Assembly (NCBI GenBank): GCA_035515455.1
Contig: DATJBH010000031.1
Span: 10,172-74,171 of the forward strand
Reading direction: 5' to 3'
Length of the DNA: 64,000 bases
From: Xanthobacteraceae bacterium
GTDB lineage: Bacteria > Pseudomonadota > Alphaproteobacteria > Rhizobiales > Xanthobacteraceae
The notes under the pieces were generated by a model that did no database searches, was not told where the DNA came from, and worked only from the letters and a program-made list of their open reading frames with translations. The position numbers and the translations under genes were made by a program. The first letter of the stretch is position 1. Every line of letters starts with the position of its first letter. Below, piece by piece: positions 1-9,842 of the stretch.

Positions 1-1
1 G

Positions 2-241
2 ACCGACTGGCACGATCTCGAGGAGCATAAATTCGCCCGCGAGGTGGCCGCGGCGCTGGAAAAGGTCGTGCGCGAGCGCAAGGCCGAGGCGCTCGTCGTG
101 GTCGCGCCGCCGCGCACGCTGGCCGATCTGCGCAAGGCGTTTCATGACGATGTGAAGAAGAAGATCGTGGCCGAGATCGACAAGGATCTCACCAGGCACC
201 CGATCTACGATATCGAGAAGCACCTCGGCGGCGCGGGGTGA
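2..241 (+). CDS. host attachment protein family, C-terminal part (5' end upstream of window)
   Basis: The frame is open from position 2 (TDWHDLEEHKFAREVAAALEKVV...TRHPIYDIEKHL) with no upstream stop. The tail resembles the alphaproteobacterial host-attachment-protein family. Stop at 239-241. Confidence 0.6.
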   Translation, partial: TDWHDLEEHKFAREVAAALEKVVRERKAEALVVVAPPRTLADLRKAFHDDVKKKIVAEIDKDLTRHPIYDIEKHLGGAG

Positions 242-287
242 GCGCAACGTCAGGCTTCGCCTTCGCGATAGACCGGGCGGGCAGGGA

Positions 288-1295
288 TTATCGCGCGCGC
301 TGCTCTACTTTTTTCTTTTCAGCCGCCGGCGGCTCCTTGAGCAAAAGTCCGACGTTTCCGGACAAGATGCGCTCGCCGTCGGGGCCAAGCGAACGGATGG
401 CATTTACGAAATCGCGCACCGGTTCGCGCTTGCGGATTTCCTGCGGGTAGTCGGTGGCGAACACCATGCGGGACGCCGGGATTTCGGCAAGCCCGGCCTT
501 GATCGCGCCGATGCCGCCGGCAAAACCGGCGGTATCGAACACGAGATTGTTGCGCACGTAGTGATCGAAATTCTTTTTGCCCGTCGCGCCGTGGCGCGCG
601 TTGCCGGCGGTGCCCCAAAACTCCTTGTCCTGGAAACAGCGGATGCGCGCCAGCATGCCGGCGATGCCGCCGGACAAATGGGCCATATGCACGGTCAGCT
701 CCGGATGGCGGTCGAACACGCCCGAATTGACCAGCCGGATCGTCGCCATGATCAGCGAGAATTCGCGCCCTACCGCGCGCGCGGTGTCGTAAGAGTCGAA
801 CTGCTGGGCTTGATTGAGCTTCAGCGCCGGGTGCACGAACACGAACATGCCGAGCTTGCAAACCTCGTCCCAGAACGGCTCGAGCGCCGGGTCGTCGATC
901 CACTTGCCGTCGAATTCCGAGGTGATGGTGACGCCCTGGAAGCCAAGCTCGTGCCGGCAGCGCGCCAGTTCCTTGAGCGCCAAGGCACCGCCGAGCGGAT
1001 GGGCATGCGCAGCGCCGATGAAGCGGCCGGGATAGTCGCGCTCGGCTTTCTTCGCCTTGTCATTGACCAGCCGCGAGGTGTCGAGATCGGCGCACATGCC
1101 GGCGGCGCTGGTCAGCCAGGCGGCGTCGATGCCGGCGAAATCCATCATCCGCACGTGCTCGTCCAGATCGTAGAGCAGCGAATGCACCGTATAGCTCGGC
1201 GCGCCGAGCGCATCGTAATTGAGGACGAGCCGGTCGCCGGGATCGGCCTTGATCAATTCGCGCGGCGTGAAATGGTGCTGGAAATCGACGATCAT
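288..1295 (-). CDS. amidohydrolase-2 family metal-dependent hydrolase/decarboxylase (ACMSD-like)
   Basis: ORF 288..1349. The likely start is ATG at 1295 (MIVDFQHHFTPRELI...), a typical amidohydrolase_2 N-terminus. The upstream part of the ORF runs into a REP element. Confidence 0.75.
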   Translation of the reverse strand: MIVDFQHHFTPRELIKADPGDRLVLNYDALGAPSYTVHSLLYDLDEHVRMMDFAGIDAAWLTSAAGMCADLDTSRLVNDKAKKAERDYPGRFIGAAHAHPLGGALALKELARCRHELGFQGVTITSEFDGKWIDDPALEPFWDEVCKLGMFVFVHPALKLNQAQQFDSYDTARAVGREFSLIMATIRLVNSGVFDRHPELTVHMAHLSGGIAGMLARIRCFQDKEFWGTAGNARHGATGKKNFDHYVRNNLVFDTAGFAGGIGAIKAGLAEIPASRMVFATDYPQEIRKREPVRDFVNAIRSLGPDGERILSGNVGLLLKEPPAAEKKKVEQRAR

Positions 1296-1333
1296 CGCGG
1301 GGGCTCCGGAGTTGGCGCAGTGTCTTAGCAACC

Positions 1334-1358
1334 GCTCATTCCCGCGCAAGCGGGAATC
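1334..1358. repeat. REP-like palindrome, family A (gctcattcccgcgcaagcgggaatc)
   Basis: An identical 25-mer recurs at 11361..11385. It contains the hairpin attcccgc-gcaa-gcgggaat. A second hairpin (ccccgctttcgcgggg) follows at about 1376-1391. Confidence 0.85.
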
Positions 1359-1417
1359 TGGACAAAAGGGCCAGGCCCCCGCTTTCGCGGGGACGAGCGG
1401 ATAGATACATTCGGCGC

Positions 1418-1612
1418 ATGGCTAATTTCATGTCGCACGTCGCGGTGCCGATCGCCATTGGCGCGGTCGCGATCGTTCTATTGCTCGGCCTCGTCAACAT
1501 GATGATGGGCGGTTCCGGCAATACCTCGCAGAAACTGATGCGGCTGCGCGTGTTGCTGCAGGCCATCGCCATCGGCGTCATCATGCTGACGCTGTGGTTC
1601 ATGGGGAAGTGA
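1418..1612 (+). CDS. twin transmembrane helix small protein (HIG1 domain)
   Basis: 64 aa with two hydrophobic helices (VAVPIAIGAVAIVLLLGL, LLQAIAIGVIMLTLWF) and the RLRV motif typical of HIG1-type proteins. Confidence 0.8.
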   Translation: MANFMSHVAVPIAIGAVAIVLLLGLVNMMMGGSGNTSQKLMRLRVLLQAIAIGVIMLTLWFMGK

Positions 1613-1619
1613 CCGCACG

Positions 1620-2198
1620 ATGGTCGTGCTGAACAAAATCTATACCCGCACCGGCGATGACGGATCGACCGCGCTCGGCACCGGCGAGCGCCGCAAGAAA
1701 TACGATCTGCGGGTTGCCGCCTACGGCACCATCGACGAGGCCAACGCGGCGATCGGAGTGGCGCGACTGCATACCGTTCACGATGGCGAACTCGATGCGG
1801 CGCTGGCGCGTATTCAGAACGATCTGTTCGATGTCGGCGCCGATTTGTGCACGCCGGGAAAAGGCAAAGGGCCGGGCGGCGCGCGGCTCACGGTGACCGA
1901 CAAGCAGGTTCAGTGGCTCGAAGCTGAGATCGACCGCTTCAATGCGGGACTGGCGCCGCTACGCTCCTTCGTGCTGCCGGGCGGCAGCGCCGCCTCGGCG
2001 CATCTGCATCTCGCCCGCACCGTCTGCCGGCGCGCCGAGCGGCTGGTCGCCGAGCTTAAGGACCAGCCGGGCGAGAGCATCTCGTCCGAGGTGCTCAAAT
2101 ACGTCAACCGGCTCTCTGATTTCCTTTTCGTAGCAAGCCGTTACGCCAACAGCCGGGGCGCGGGCGACGTGCTTTGGAAGCCGGGCGAGAACCGTTAG
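1620..2198 (+). CDS. ATP:cob(I)alamin adenosyltransferase, PduO type
   Basis: N-terminus MVVLNKIYTRTGDDGSTALGTGERRKKYDLRV plus LPGGS...AHLHLARTVCRRAER, characteristic of PduO-type adenosyltransferases. Confidence 0.9.
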   Translation: MVVLNKIYTRTGDDGSTALGTGERRKKYDLRVAAYGTIDEANAAIGVARLHTVHDGELDAALARIQNDLFDVGADLCTPGKGKGPGGARLTVTDKQVQWLEAEIDRFNAGLAPLRSFVLPGGSAASAHLHLARTVCRRAERLVAELKDQPGESISSEVLKYVNRLSDFLFVASRYANSRGAGDVLWKPGENR

Positions 2199-2325
2199 CA
2201 ACGTTGACCGCCCGCGGTTCGGCCGTTAGGTTTCCCGCACCGCAGCAACGGTCCATCAAAGACAGCGGCCGGAAGCGGCATCGAAAAATACCCGAACAAG
2301 CAGCCATCGCAGCCGAAATAACATC

Positions 2326-3072
2326 ATGAAAGTTCTCGTGCCCGTGAAACGGGCGATCGACAAGGACGTAAAAATCCGGGTCAAGGCCGACGGATCAGGC
2401 GTCGAACTCGGCAACGTCAAGATGTCGATGAATCCGTTCGACGAAATCGCCGTCGAGGAAGCGATCCGGCTCAAGGAGGCCGGCAAGGCCACCGAGATCG
2501 TCGCCGTCTCCATCGGCCCGCAGCAGGCTGCCGAAACCATCCGCACCGCACTCGCCATGGGCGCCGACCGCGGCATCCTGGTCAAGACCGATGGCGCGGT
2601 CGAGCCGTTGGCCGTGGCGAAGATTCTCAAGGCCATCGCGGCCGCGGAACAGCCCGGCCTCATCATCCTCGGCAAGCAGGCGATCGACGATGACAGCAAT
2701 CAGACCGGCCAGATGCTGGCGGCGCTGCTCGGCTGGCCGCAAGGCACCTTTGCCTCCAAGGTCGCGCTCGACGGCGATGCGCTCTTGGTGACGCGCGAGG
2801 TCGATGGCGGGCTGCAGACGGTCAAGCTCAAGCTGCCGGCCATCGTCACCACCGATTTGCGCCTGAACGAGCCGCGCTACGCTTCATTGCCGAATATCAT
2901 GAAGGCGAAGAAAAAGCCGATCGAGGAAAAAACCGCCGCCGACTACGGTGTCGATACCAAAGCGCGGCTCGAGGTGCTCAAGACGACGGAGCCGCCGGTG
3001 CGCAAGGCCGGCGTCAAGGTCAAGAGCGTCGCCGAACTGGTCGAGAAGCTCAAAGAAGCGGGGGCGGTTTGA
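2326..3072 (+). CDS. etfB: electron transfer flavoprotein beta subunit
   Basis: [28 protein letters not shown]... is a canonical EtfB. It overlaps the next gene by 4 nt (ATGA). Confidence 0.95.
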   Translation: MKVLVPVKRAIDKDVKIRVKADGSGVELGNVKMSMNPFDEIAVEEAIRLKEAGKATEIVAVSIGPQQAAETIRTALAMGADRGILVKTDGAVEPLAVAKILKAIAAAEQPGLIILGKQAIDDDSNQTGQMLAALLGWPQGTFASKVALDGDALLVTREVDGGLQTVKLKLPAIVTTDLRLNEPRYASLPNIMKAKKKPIEEKTAADYGVDTKARLEVLKTTEPPVRKAGVKVKSVAELVEKLKEAGAV

Positions 3073-4019
3073 TGCCGACGCTGCTTCTTGCCGAGCACGA
3101 CAACGCCACGCTGAAGGACGCCACCGCCAAGGCGCTGACTGCCGCCAAGGCGCTCGGCGCCGACGTGCACATCCTCGTCGCCGGTCATAATTGCAAAGCC
3201 GCCGCCGAGACCGCCGCGAAGCTTGACGGCGTGAAAAAAGTTCTGCTCGCCGACGCGCCCGCTTACGAGCATATGCTGGCCGAGCCGACTGCGGCTCTCA
3301 TCGTCTCGCTCGCTGGGCCCTACGAAACCATCATGGCCGCGGCGACCACGACCGGCAAGAACGTCATGCCGCGCGTCGCCGCGCTGCTCGACGTGATGCA
3401 GATTTCCGACATCATTAAAGTTGTGGCGCCCGACACTTTCGAGCGGCCGGTCTATGCCGGCAATGCCATCCAGACGGTGCGCTCGACGGAGAAGAAGCGC
3501 GTCATCACCGTGCGCACGGCGGCGTTTGCGGCGACCGGCGAGGGCGCTTCGCCGGCGCCGATCGAGCCGGCCGCGCCGGCCGCCGATCCCGGCCTCTCGG
3601 GTTTTGTCGGCGAGGAGCTTTCCAAATCCGAGCGCCCGGAACTGACCTCGGCGAAGATCATTATTTCCGGCGGCCGGGCGATGCAAAACCGCGAGAACTT
3701 CACCAAATATATAGAGCCGGTGGCGGACAAGCTCGGCGCCGCGATCGGCGCCTCGCGCGCGGCAGTCGACGCCGGCTATGCGCCAAATGACTGGCAGGTC
3801 GGGCAGACCGGAAAGGTCGTGGCGCCCGACCTTTATATCGCGGTCGGCATTTCTGGCGCCATTCAGCATCTCGCCGGAATGAAGGACTCGAAAATCATCG
3901 TCGCGATCAACAAAGATGAGGAAGCCCCCATCTTCCAGGTCGCCGATTACGGATTGGTGGCGGATCTTTACCAAGCGCTGCCGGAGCTTGCCACGGAGCT
4001 CGCTAAGGTTAAGCGCTGA
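3069..4019 (+). CDS. etfA: electron transfer flavoprotein alpha subunit
   Basis: [22 protein letters not shown]... with the C-terminal FAD-binding region [33 protein letters not shown]. Confidence 0.95.
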   Translation: MMPTLLLAEHDNATLKDATAKALTAAKALGADVHILVAGHNCKAAAETAAKLDGVKKVLLADAPAYEHMLAEPTAALIVSLAGPYETIMAAATTTGKNVMPRVAALLDVMQISDIIKVVAPDTFERPVYAGNAIQTVRSTEKKRVITVRTAAFAATGEGASPAPIEPAAPAADPGLSGFVGEELSKSERPELTSAKIIISGGRAMQNRENFTKYIEPVADKLGAAIGASRAAVDAGYAPNDWQVGQTGKVVAPDLYIAVGISGAIQHLAGMKDSKIIVAINKDEEAPIFQVADYGLVADLYQALPELATELAKVKR

Positions 4020-4119
4020 CGGAATCTGGCAGAGAGGCCGCGAACGTCGTAAAAGGTGAATCGGAATGGTCGACGTCAGGGAACGGCCCAAAGCGCAGCA
4101 GATGCGCGGCGAGCAAGCG

Positions 4120-5001
4120 ATGCCTCACTCTATCCGAAAAATAGGCGTGGTCGGCGCCGGCCAGATGGGCAACGGCATCGCCCATGTCTGCGCATTGTCC
4201 GGCTTTCACGTGCTTCTCAACGACGTCGTCGCCGACCGCATCACGGCTGGGCTTGCCACCATCAACGGCAATCTGGCGCGCCAGGTCAGCCGGCAGCGCA
4301 TCAGCGAGGAAGAGCGGCAGGCCGCGATCAAGCGGATTACGCCCGCCAACACGCTCGATGAGCTTGGCGACTGCGATCTGGTGATCGAAGCGGCGACCGA
4401 GCAGGAAGAGACCAAGCGCAAAATCTTTGCCGCGTTGTGCCCCTCGCTCAAGCCGGCGACCATCGTCGGCACCAATACCTCCTCGATCTCGATTACGCGG
4501 CTGGCCGCCGCGACCGACCGGCCGGAGCGCTTCATCGGCATTCATTTCATGAACCCGGTGCCGCTGATGGAACTGGTCGAGGTGATCCGCGGCATCGCCA
4601 CCGACGACGCCACCTTCGAGTCGACCAAGCAATTCATAACCAAGCTCGGCAAGCAGATCGCGGTGTCCGAGGATTTCCCCGCCTTCATCGTCAATCGGAT
4701 CCTGCTGCCGATGATCAACGAGGCGATCTACACGCTCTATGAGGGCGTCGGCAATGTCGAGGCGATCGACAAGGCGATGCGGCTCGGCGCGCACCATCCG
4801 ATGGGGCCGCTGGAGCTCGCCGACTTCATCGGGCTCGATACCTGCCTCTCGGTGATGCAGGTGCTGCACGAGGGGCTGGCCGACTCCAAATACCGGCCGT
4901 GCCCGCTGCTGGTGAAATACGTCGAGGCCGGCTGGCTCGGCCGCAAGACCAAGCGCGGCTTCTACGATTACCGCGGCGACAAGCCGGTGCCGACGCGCTG
5001 A
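4120..5001 (+). CDS. hbd: 3-hydroxybutyryl-CoA dehydrogenase
   Basis: ORF 4066..5001. The preferred ATG at 4120 gives MPHSIRKIGVVGAGQMGNGIAH (Rossmann motif). FMNPVPLMELVEVIRG is typical of 3-hydroxyacyl-CoA dehydrogenases. It sits downstream of etfBA, as in Bradyrhizobiaceae. Confidence 0.9.
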   Translation: MPHSIRKIGVVGAGQMGNGIAHVCALSGFHVLLNDVVADRITAGLATINGNLARQVSRQRISEEERQAAIKRITPANTLDELGDCDLVIEAATEQEETKRKIFAALCPSLKPATIVGTNTSSISITRLAAATDRPERFIGIHFMNPVPLMELVEVIRGIATDDATFESTKQFITKLGKQIAVSEDFPAFIVNRILLPMINEAIYTLYEGVGNVEAIDKAMRLGAHHPMGPLELADFIGLDTCLSVMQVLHEGLADSKYRPCPLLVKYVEAGWLGRKTKRGFYDYRGDKPVPTR

Positions 5002-5063
5002 CGGCCGGCCGGGCGCCGGCCGCGGTTGCCGGAGCGTGCGCGGTGGTCGCTGCTCTCAGCTTA

Positions 5064-5843
5064 CTACAGGCCCCAGCCCGCGCCCCAGCCGCCGAGTTTC
5101 AGATTGATGCCGAGTTTGACGGTGTGGACGGTGGTTTTTTCGCTGAGCGAGAAGGGCACCGCGGCAAGCGCGCCGCTGGCCACCGTGTTAGTGCCGAGGT
5201 CGAGATAGAGATATTCGGTCTTGACCGACAGCCAGGGATTTAACGCGTATTCCAAGCCGCCGCCCACGGTCCAGCCATTTTGGTCGGTGCCGGTCGAAGC
5301 CAGCGCCGACAGTCCGAGCGCCGTGGCGTTGGCCGAGCTTGTGGTGTGGCCGTAAGCCCATCCGCCGGTGGCGTAGAGCAGAGCCGTGGGGGTCACCAGA
5401 TAACCCACGCGTCCGCGCACCGTGCCGAACCAGTCGAGCTTGCTGCCGACGCTGCCGGTAAAGGTGTTCGCGGTTGTCGTCGCCTTGCCTTCGATATCGG
5501 CGCCATCGAAGTCGGCTTCGACACCGGCGACCCAAGCCGGAGCGAATTGCCAATTGTAACCGACCTGGCCGCCGCCGAAGAATCCGCTTGAGTTGAGCGT
5601 CGATGTTCCGGTGGTCGCTCCGAAGCCCAGCGCCGGGATGGCTCCGACGCTGAAGGGGTACTGAAACTGATCGCCGCCGAAGCCGCCATTGGCGCCGACA
5701 TAGAAGCCGGTCCAGGAGTATGCCGGGGGCGGGGGCGGCGGCGGATTGTATGGCGGCGGCAGAGCAAGATCGGCCGCTTGCACGGCCGACACGCCGCACG
5801 CGATGGTTCCGGCTACCGCCAGCGAATAAACAATGCGCTTCAT
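5064..5843 (-). CDS. outer-membrane beta-barrel protein (OmpA-like/Omp25-RopB porin family)
   Basis: Signal peptide MKRIVYSLAVAGTIACGVSAVQA, a proline-rich linker, alternating beta-strand pattern (WTGFYVGANGG, GYNWQF, VGGGLEYAL, VKLGINLKL) and an aromatic C-terminus. Confidence 0.8.
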   Translation of the reverse strand: MKRIVYSLAVAGTIACGVSAVQAADLALPPPYNPPPPPPPAYSWTGFYVGANGGFGGDQFQYPFSVGAIPALGFGATTGTSTLNSSGFFGGGQVGYNWQFAPAWVAGVEADFDGADIEGKATTTANTFTGSVGSKLDWFGTVRGRVGYLVTPTALLYATGGWAYGHTTSSANATALGLSALASTGTDQNGWTVGGGLEYALNPWLSVKTEYLYLDLGTNTVASGALAAVPFSLSEKTTVHTVKLGINLKLGGWGAGWGL

Positions 5844-6056
5844 TGCCCGCCCCGATGCAAAGATTCGAATCCCGGGGGCGACAAACGCATGAGAGCTGAC
5901 AACGAGCCGTTAATGCCTTGTCCAGCGCGCAAAAATCATCGGACCTGTTGCCGCCGTGCAACAAGTAAAACCATGGATCTGTTGTTGCGGGAGCGCTATC
6001 GCGGCGGGAGAGACGACACGGCATGACCTGCCCTCCCGCCGCGAGAATAATTCGAA

Positions 6057-6689
6057 TTACGCCGCCTCGCGCATTTGAGGCGCGGTTTCGCTCCAGCACG
6101 GCAGCGCCGATACGCGCCCGAACCAGGCGCCGACATTGGCATAAGGTCCGAGCGGCATTGCCGCGCCTTGGGCATGAAACAACGGCGCCGCCACCGCGAA
6201 GTCGGCAATCGTCAACGTATCGTTGACGAGGTATTTGTGCCGCGCCAGATGCGCGTCGAGCATCTTGGCTTCCTTGTTGAAGCTCTCGGTGGCCTTGGCG
6301 ACCGCAGCCTGGTCGGGCGCGCCGAGGTTGACGAATTTCTTGACCAGATTTTCAAAGATCAGCGGCTGGCAGGCCTGTGCGCCCCAATGCGCCAAGTCCC
6401 AGCATTGCCACCGGGTGACGTCGGCGCCGCCTTTGGCATCTCCCGGATAAAGCGACGTCGGCTTCTTACTGGCGAGATATTGCAAAATCGCATTCGACTC
6501 CCATAGCTTGAAGTCGCCGTCGACCAGCACCGGCGTGCGGCCGGTCGGATTAAGCTCAAGGTATGCGGGCGCATGCTGGTCGCCTTTGAGCAGATCGACC
6601 AGCTCGAATTCGAGCGGCATTTTCAGGTAAGCGGCGAGTGCGCGCACCTTCCAGGTATTCGGCGAAGCGGGAAAGCCATAGAGCTTCAT
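6057..6689 (-). CDS. glutathione S-transferase
   Basis: ATG at 6689 is preceded by GGAGGAG. MKLYGFPASPNTWKVRALAAYL...NPTGRTPVLVDGDFKLWESNAILQYL is a canonical GST N-domain. Confidence 0.85.
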   Translation of the reverse strand: MKLYGFPASPNTWKVRALAAYLKMPLEFELVDLLKGDQHAPAYLELNPTGRTPVLVDGDFKLWESNAILQYLASKKPTSLYPGDAKGGADVTRWQCWDLAHWGAQACQPLIFENLVKKFVNLGAPDQAAVAKATESFNKEAKMLDAHLARHKYLVNDTLTIADFAVAAPLFHAQGAAMPLGPYANVGAWFGRVSALPCWSETAPQMREAA

Positions 6690-6724
6690 GATCGACTCCT
6701 CCATTGTTGTCGGCGATGTATCGG

Positions 6725-7507
6725 CTAGTCGCAGCATGCGGCGGATTTGGGTTGCCGGTATGACGCTTTTGTATCAACCGCCGCGCCGTCGTAACGGTCA
6801 TGGTGGCGGACCCAGGCCATGCTGAATTTCAGGCCGTCTTCGTCGCGGCCTTTCGGCGCGAGATCGATGAGATTGTAGGCGCCGATCAGGATGTCGAGAC
6901 CGCGGCCATAGGTCGAGTAAGTGTGAAAGACTTGGCCGTCCACGTCCTTGAAGAATACGCTGGCGCCGGGGCGTTCCTCGCTCGGGAACGTCGTCATTTG
7001 GTAGTTGTACTCGACTTCACCGCCGCGGGCTTTCTCCTCCGGCGACGCCGAGACGTGGTAATCGAAGTTAAAGTCGCTGCCGAACGACGATGCCCACTGA
7101 AACTTCCAGCCCATGCGCGCCTTGAACCTTTCGATTTCCGGCAGGGGCGCGCGAGAGACGACGGCGAAGGCGATGTCGCGCTGGGCGAGGTGGATGGTCG
7201 CGCCGTCGAAATGATCGGCGATCAGCGAGCAGCTTGGACAGCCGGCTTCCCAGCCCGGGCCGAGCATGAAGTGATATATGATGAGCTGGTTCTTGCCGCC
7301 GAACAGGTCGGCGAGCGATCGCTTGCCGTCCGGGGTATCGAACACATAGTTCTTTTCGACCTTTTCCCACGGCAGCTCGCGGCGTTTTTTGGCGAGCGCA
7401 TCGCGGACTTTTGAAAACGCTTTTTCTTCGAGCAGATAGGCCTTGCGCGCAGCGATCCATTCATCGTGCGATACGATCTTGTGGGTTTCCACGACAGCGA
7501 CCTCCAT
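6725..7507 (-). CDS. DUF899 thioredoxin-like family protein
   Basis: HDEWIAARKAYLLEEKAFSKVRDALAKKRRELPW...LIIYHFMLGPGWEAGCPSCS matches the DUF899 pattern. Start ATG at 7507 (MEVAVVETHK). Confidence 0.85.
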   Translation of the reverse strand: MEVAVVETHKIVSHDEWIAARKAYLLEEKAFSKVRDALAKKRRELPWEKVEKNYVFDTPDGKRSLADLFGGKNQLIIYHFMLGPGWEAGCPSCSLIADHFDGATIHLAQRDIAFAVVSRAPLPEIERFKARMGWKFQWASSFGSDFNFDYHVSASPEEKARGGEVEYNYQMTTFPSEERPGASVFFKDVDGQVFHTYSTYGRGLDILIGAYNLIDLAPKGRDEDGLKFSMAWVRHHDRYDGAAVDTKASYRQPKSAACCD

Positions 7508-7559
7508 TTCCCAAACAGATAAACAGCATGCGCAGGCGGACATTCCCAAAGGCTCTGGC

Positions 7560-7958
7560 TCAGGACGCCGGCGTCATCCAGCCGATGCCGGCGCCGCCGG
7601 GCTCCAACAGGATGGCGATGCGGCCGACGCCCGGCACTTCGAATATCGGTTTCATGAGTTTGGCGCCGGCGGCGGTGGCCTGCTTCACCCGCGCATCGAC
7701 ATCGTCGACCGCGAGATACGCCATCCAGCTTTCGGGAACCTGGGCGAAGTCCGGCGTGCTGACATCGAGGATGCCGGCCACCGGCTCGCCGCCGATCTTG
7801 GCAATCCAATAGTTGCCGCTGCCGCCGGGCATCGGCATGGCGTCGAAACTCCAGCCAATGGTCTCGGCGTAGAATTTCTTGGCGCGCTCGACGTTGCGCG
7901 TCATCAGTTCGTTCCAATAAAACGTGCCGTGCGACCCGCCCATTTGCGCCTCCATCAT
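7560..7958 (-). CDS. VOC (glyoxalase/bleomycin-resistance) family protein
   Basis: GTFYWNELMTRNVERAKKFYAETIGWSF...GGEPVAGIL is typical of small VOC proteins. The start could be an internal Met. Confidence 0.8.
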   Translation of the reverse strand: MMEAQMGGSHGTFYWNELMTRNVERAKKFYAETIGWSFDAMPMPGGSGNYWIAKIGGEPVAGILDVSTPDFAQVPESWMAYLAVDDVDARVKQATAAGAKLMKPIFEVPGVGRIAILLEPGGAGIGWMTPAS

Positions 7959-7992
7959 TATTTGTCGGCCATGGACGCCAAGTTGGTGCCGC

Positions 7993-8433
7993 TTACGCGA
8001 CGAATTTCTCCAGTTTGTCGAGCGCGCCGGTCCAACCTTGCTGATGGCGGTCGCGGGCCTCTTCGTCGAAAAATTGCGCGTGCATCAGCGTCAATAGCGT
8101 GCCGTCGCCGTCAGGTTTGAACTCGACGGTCACCAGCGACTCCCGCTCCGGCGTGCCGGCCCACGCCCAGGTGTAGACGAGCCGCACATTCGGAACGACT
8201 TCGCGCACGACGCCGAGAACCTGGAAAGGTTCGGCGCCCGGGCGGGCCGCCACGATGGTGAATTTGCCGCCGACACGCAGCTCGAACTCCGCATGCGTGC
8301 ACACGGTGCCGGCCGGGCCAAACCAGCGTTTTATCTTTTCCGGCTCCGTCCATGCGGCAAAGACCTTGGCCGGCGCGGCTTTGAGCCGGCGCTTGATGGT
8401 GAGACTTGGTTTGGTGGCTGTTTGGATGGCCAT
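7993..8433 (-). CDS. SRPBCC domain protein (AHSA1/activator of Hsp90 ATPase-like)
   Basis: LTIKRRLKAAPAKVFAAWTEPEKIKRWFGP...TLLTLMHAQF. It is paired with an upstream ArsR gene, a common arrangement. Confidence 0.8.
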   Translation of the reverse strand: MAIQTATKPSLTIKRRLKAAPAKVFAAWTEPEKIKRWFGPAGTVCTHAEFELRVGGKFTIVAARPGAEPFQVLGVVREVVPNVRLVYTWAWAGTPERESLVTVEFKPDGDGTLLTLMHAQFFDEEARDRHQQGWTGALDKLEKFVA

Positions 8434-8768
8434 GACTGCTCTTCCTCTTCCAGAAACGCGGCCAGGCGATCGAGCTGCCCAGACCAGAACCTTTCATAAC
8501 GATTGAGCCACTCGAAGGCCTCGCGCATCGGCTCGGCGTCGAGCCGGCAGGCGACGACGCGGCCGGTTTTGCTGCGCTCGACCAGCCCGGCATCGGACAA
8601 GACGGCGAGATGCTTCATCACCGCCGGCAGCGACATCGTGAACGGCGCCGCCAGGTCGCTGACCGAAAGATCGGGATTTTCGGCGAGCCGCATCACCATT
8701 GCACGCCGTGTCGGGTCGGAGAGCGCGGCAAAAGTGCGATCGAGGGGGGCGTTCGAAAACTTAACCAT
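8331..8768 (-). CDS. ArsR/SmtB family transcriptional regulator
   Basis: FAALSDPTRRAMVMRLAENPDLSVSDLAAPFTMSLPAVMKHLAVLSDAGLV is a winged-helix ArsR core. Start ATG at 8768 (alternative 8810). The 3' tail overlaps the SRPBCC gene by about 100 nt. Confidence 0.8.
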   Translation of the reverse strand: MVKFSNAPLDRTFAALSDPTRRAMVMRLAENPDLSVSDLAAPFTMSLPAVMKHLAVLSDAGLVERSKTGRVVACRLDAEPMREAFEWLNRYERFWSGQLDRLAAFLEEEEQSWPSKQPPNQVSPSSAGSKPRRPRSLPHGRSRKR

Positions 8769-8886
8769 ATGGTTTAGTATCAAGGGCGAGCCGGTTTTGT
8801 CAATGATCATCGCGGAGGTCGCGATGACGATTCCGTGAGCGGCCCCTTAATCGGATTGTTAAGCCTTGACCCTTAAGCTCGGTGAC

Positions 8887-9087
8887 ATGAACCCCGCCAG
8901 CATCGCCACCGCTCTCGTCGGAGCCCAGACCGGGATGCTGCAGCTCGCGATCGCGGCGCGGCTCGAGCGCATGAACGCGGATATGGGTTCCTCGATCGTG
9001 AATTTGATCGACGCCGCGCAGCAGAACGCCAACACGCTGGCCAATGTCGGCTCCGGCATCGGAACGAATTTGGACGTTACTGCGTAG
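8887..9087 (+). CDS. putative motility protein (YjfB-like small protein)
   Basis: MNPASIATALVGAQTGMLQLAIAARLERMNADMGSSIVNLIDAA resembles the YjfB_motility pattern. The start is uncertain (8866 or 8887). Confidence 0.5.
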   Translation: MNPASIATALVGAQTGMLQLAIAARLERMNADMGSSIVNLIDAAQQNANTLANVGSGIGTNLDVTA

Positions 9088-9769
9088 CGCTCTTGCCGTC
9101 GGCAATTGCCGCGCTGACGAGCTTCACGCCGTCGTCGCTCGACCATTCCGCCGGCCCGGCCATGTCTGCGATCTCGCAGCCGTTGCGGTCGACGATGACC
9201 GTCGTCGGCATGCCAAAGGCCTTACCGGCAGCCTTGAGGTCCTCAAAAACATGCGCGCTCTGGTCGGAATAATAAGTCAGATGGGTGGCGCCAACCTCTT
9301 TGAGGAAAGCGAGCGGCTTCTGCGGATCGCGGGTGTCGATATTGACGGCGACCACCTGGAAGTCCGGCCCTCCGAGCTTTGCTTGGAGGGCATCGAGCGC
9401 CGGCATTTCGCGGCGGCACGGTACGCACCAGGTCGCCCAGAGATTAAGGAGCACGGTGCGGCCGCGCCAATCGGCCAGCCGCTTATCGGCGCCAGTCGCG
9501 TCTTTGAAGGTCAGATCGGGGACGTGGAACGGCGTTTGCGCCACCGCCAACGCCGCGACCTCGCCGTGAACCAAGGGCGCGATCTGCCTGGCGATGTTAA
9601 CCGCCGGCCGGCAGGCGGCATCGGCCGGATTGCTTCGGAAGTGCTCGATCCCGTATACCCCCGCCAGCACAATGAGAATGCCAATGGCCGCCGCGGCGGA
9701 AACAAGCCGCAGCCGGCCGATTTTGCGCAGGACAGGCGGATTTTCGGTTTCGGCGGTTTGTTCGGTCAT
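9077..9769 (-). CDS. tlpA: thiol:disulfide interchange protein TlpA (membrane-anchored thioredoxin)
   Basis: N-terminal TM anchor and a thioredoxin WCVPC active site (LLNLWATWCVPCRREMP). It is divergent from argH, as in Bradyrhizobium. Confidence 0.8.
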   Translation of the reverse strand: MTEQTAETENPPVLRKIGRLRLVSAAAAIGILIVLAGVYGIEHFRSNPADAACRPAVNIARQIAPLVHGEVAALAVAQTPFHVPDLTFKDATGADKRLADWRGRTVLLNLWATWCVPCRREMPALDALQAKLGGPDFQVVAVNIDTRDPQKPLAFLKEVGATHLTYYSDQSAHVFEDLKAAGKAFGMPTTVIVDRNGCEIADMAGPAEWSSDDGVKLVSAAIADGKSATQ

Positions 9770-9842
9770 GAGCGGCAAAACCTCGGCGTGAGCGTCATGA
9801 GACAACCTTCAGCGAGCGGCAACTTTTAACAAGCGATCCGTC

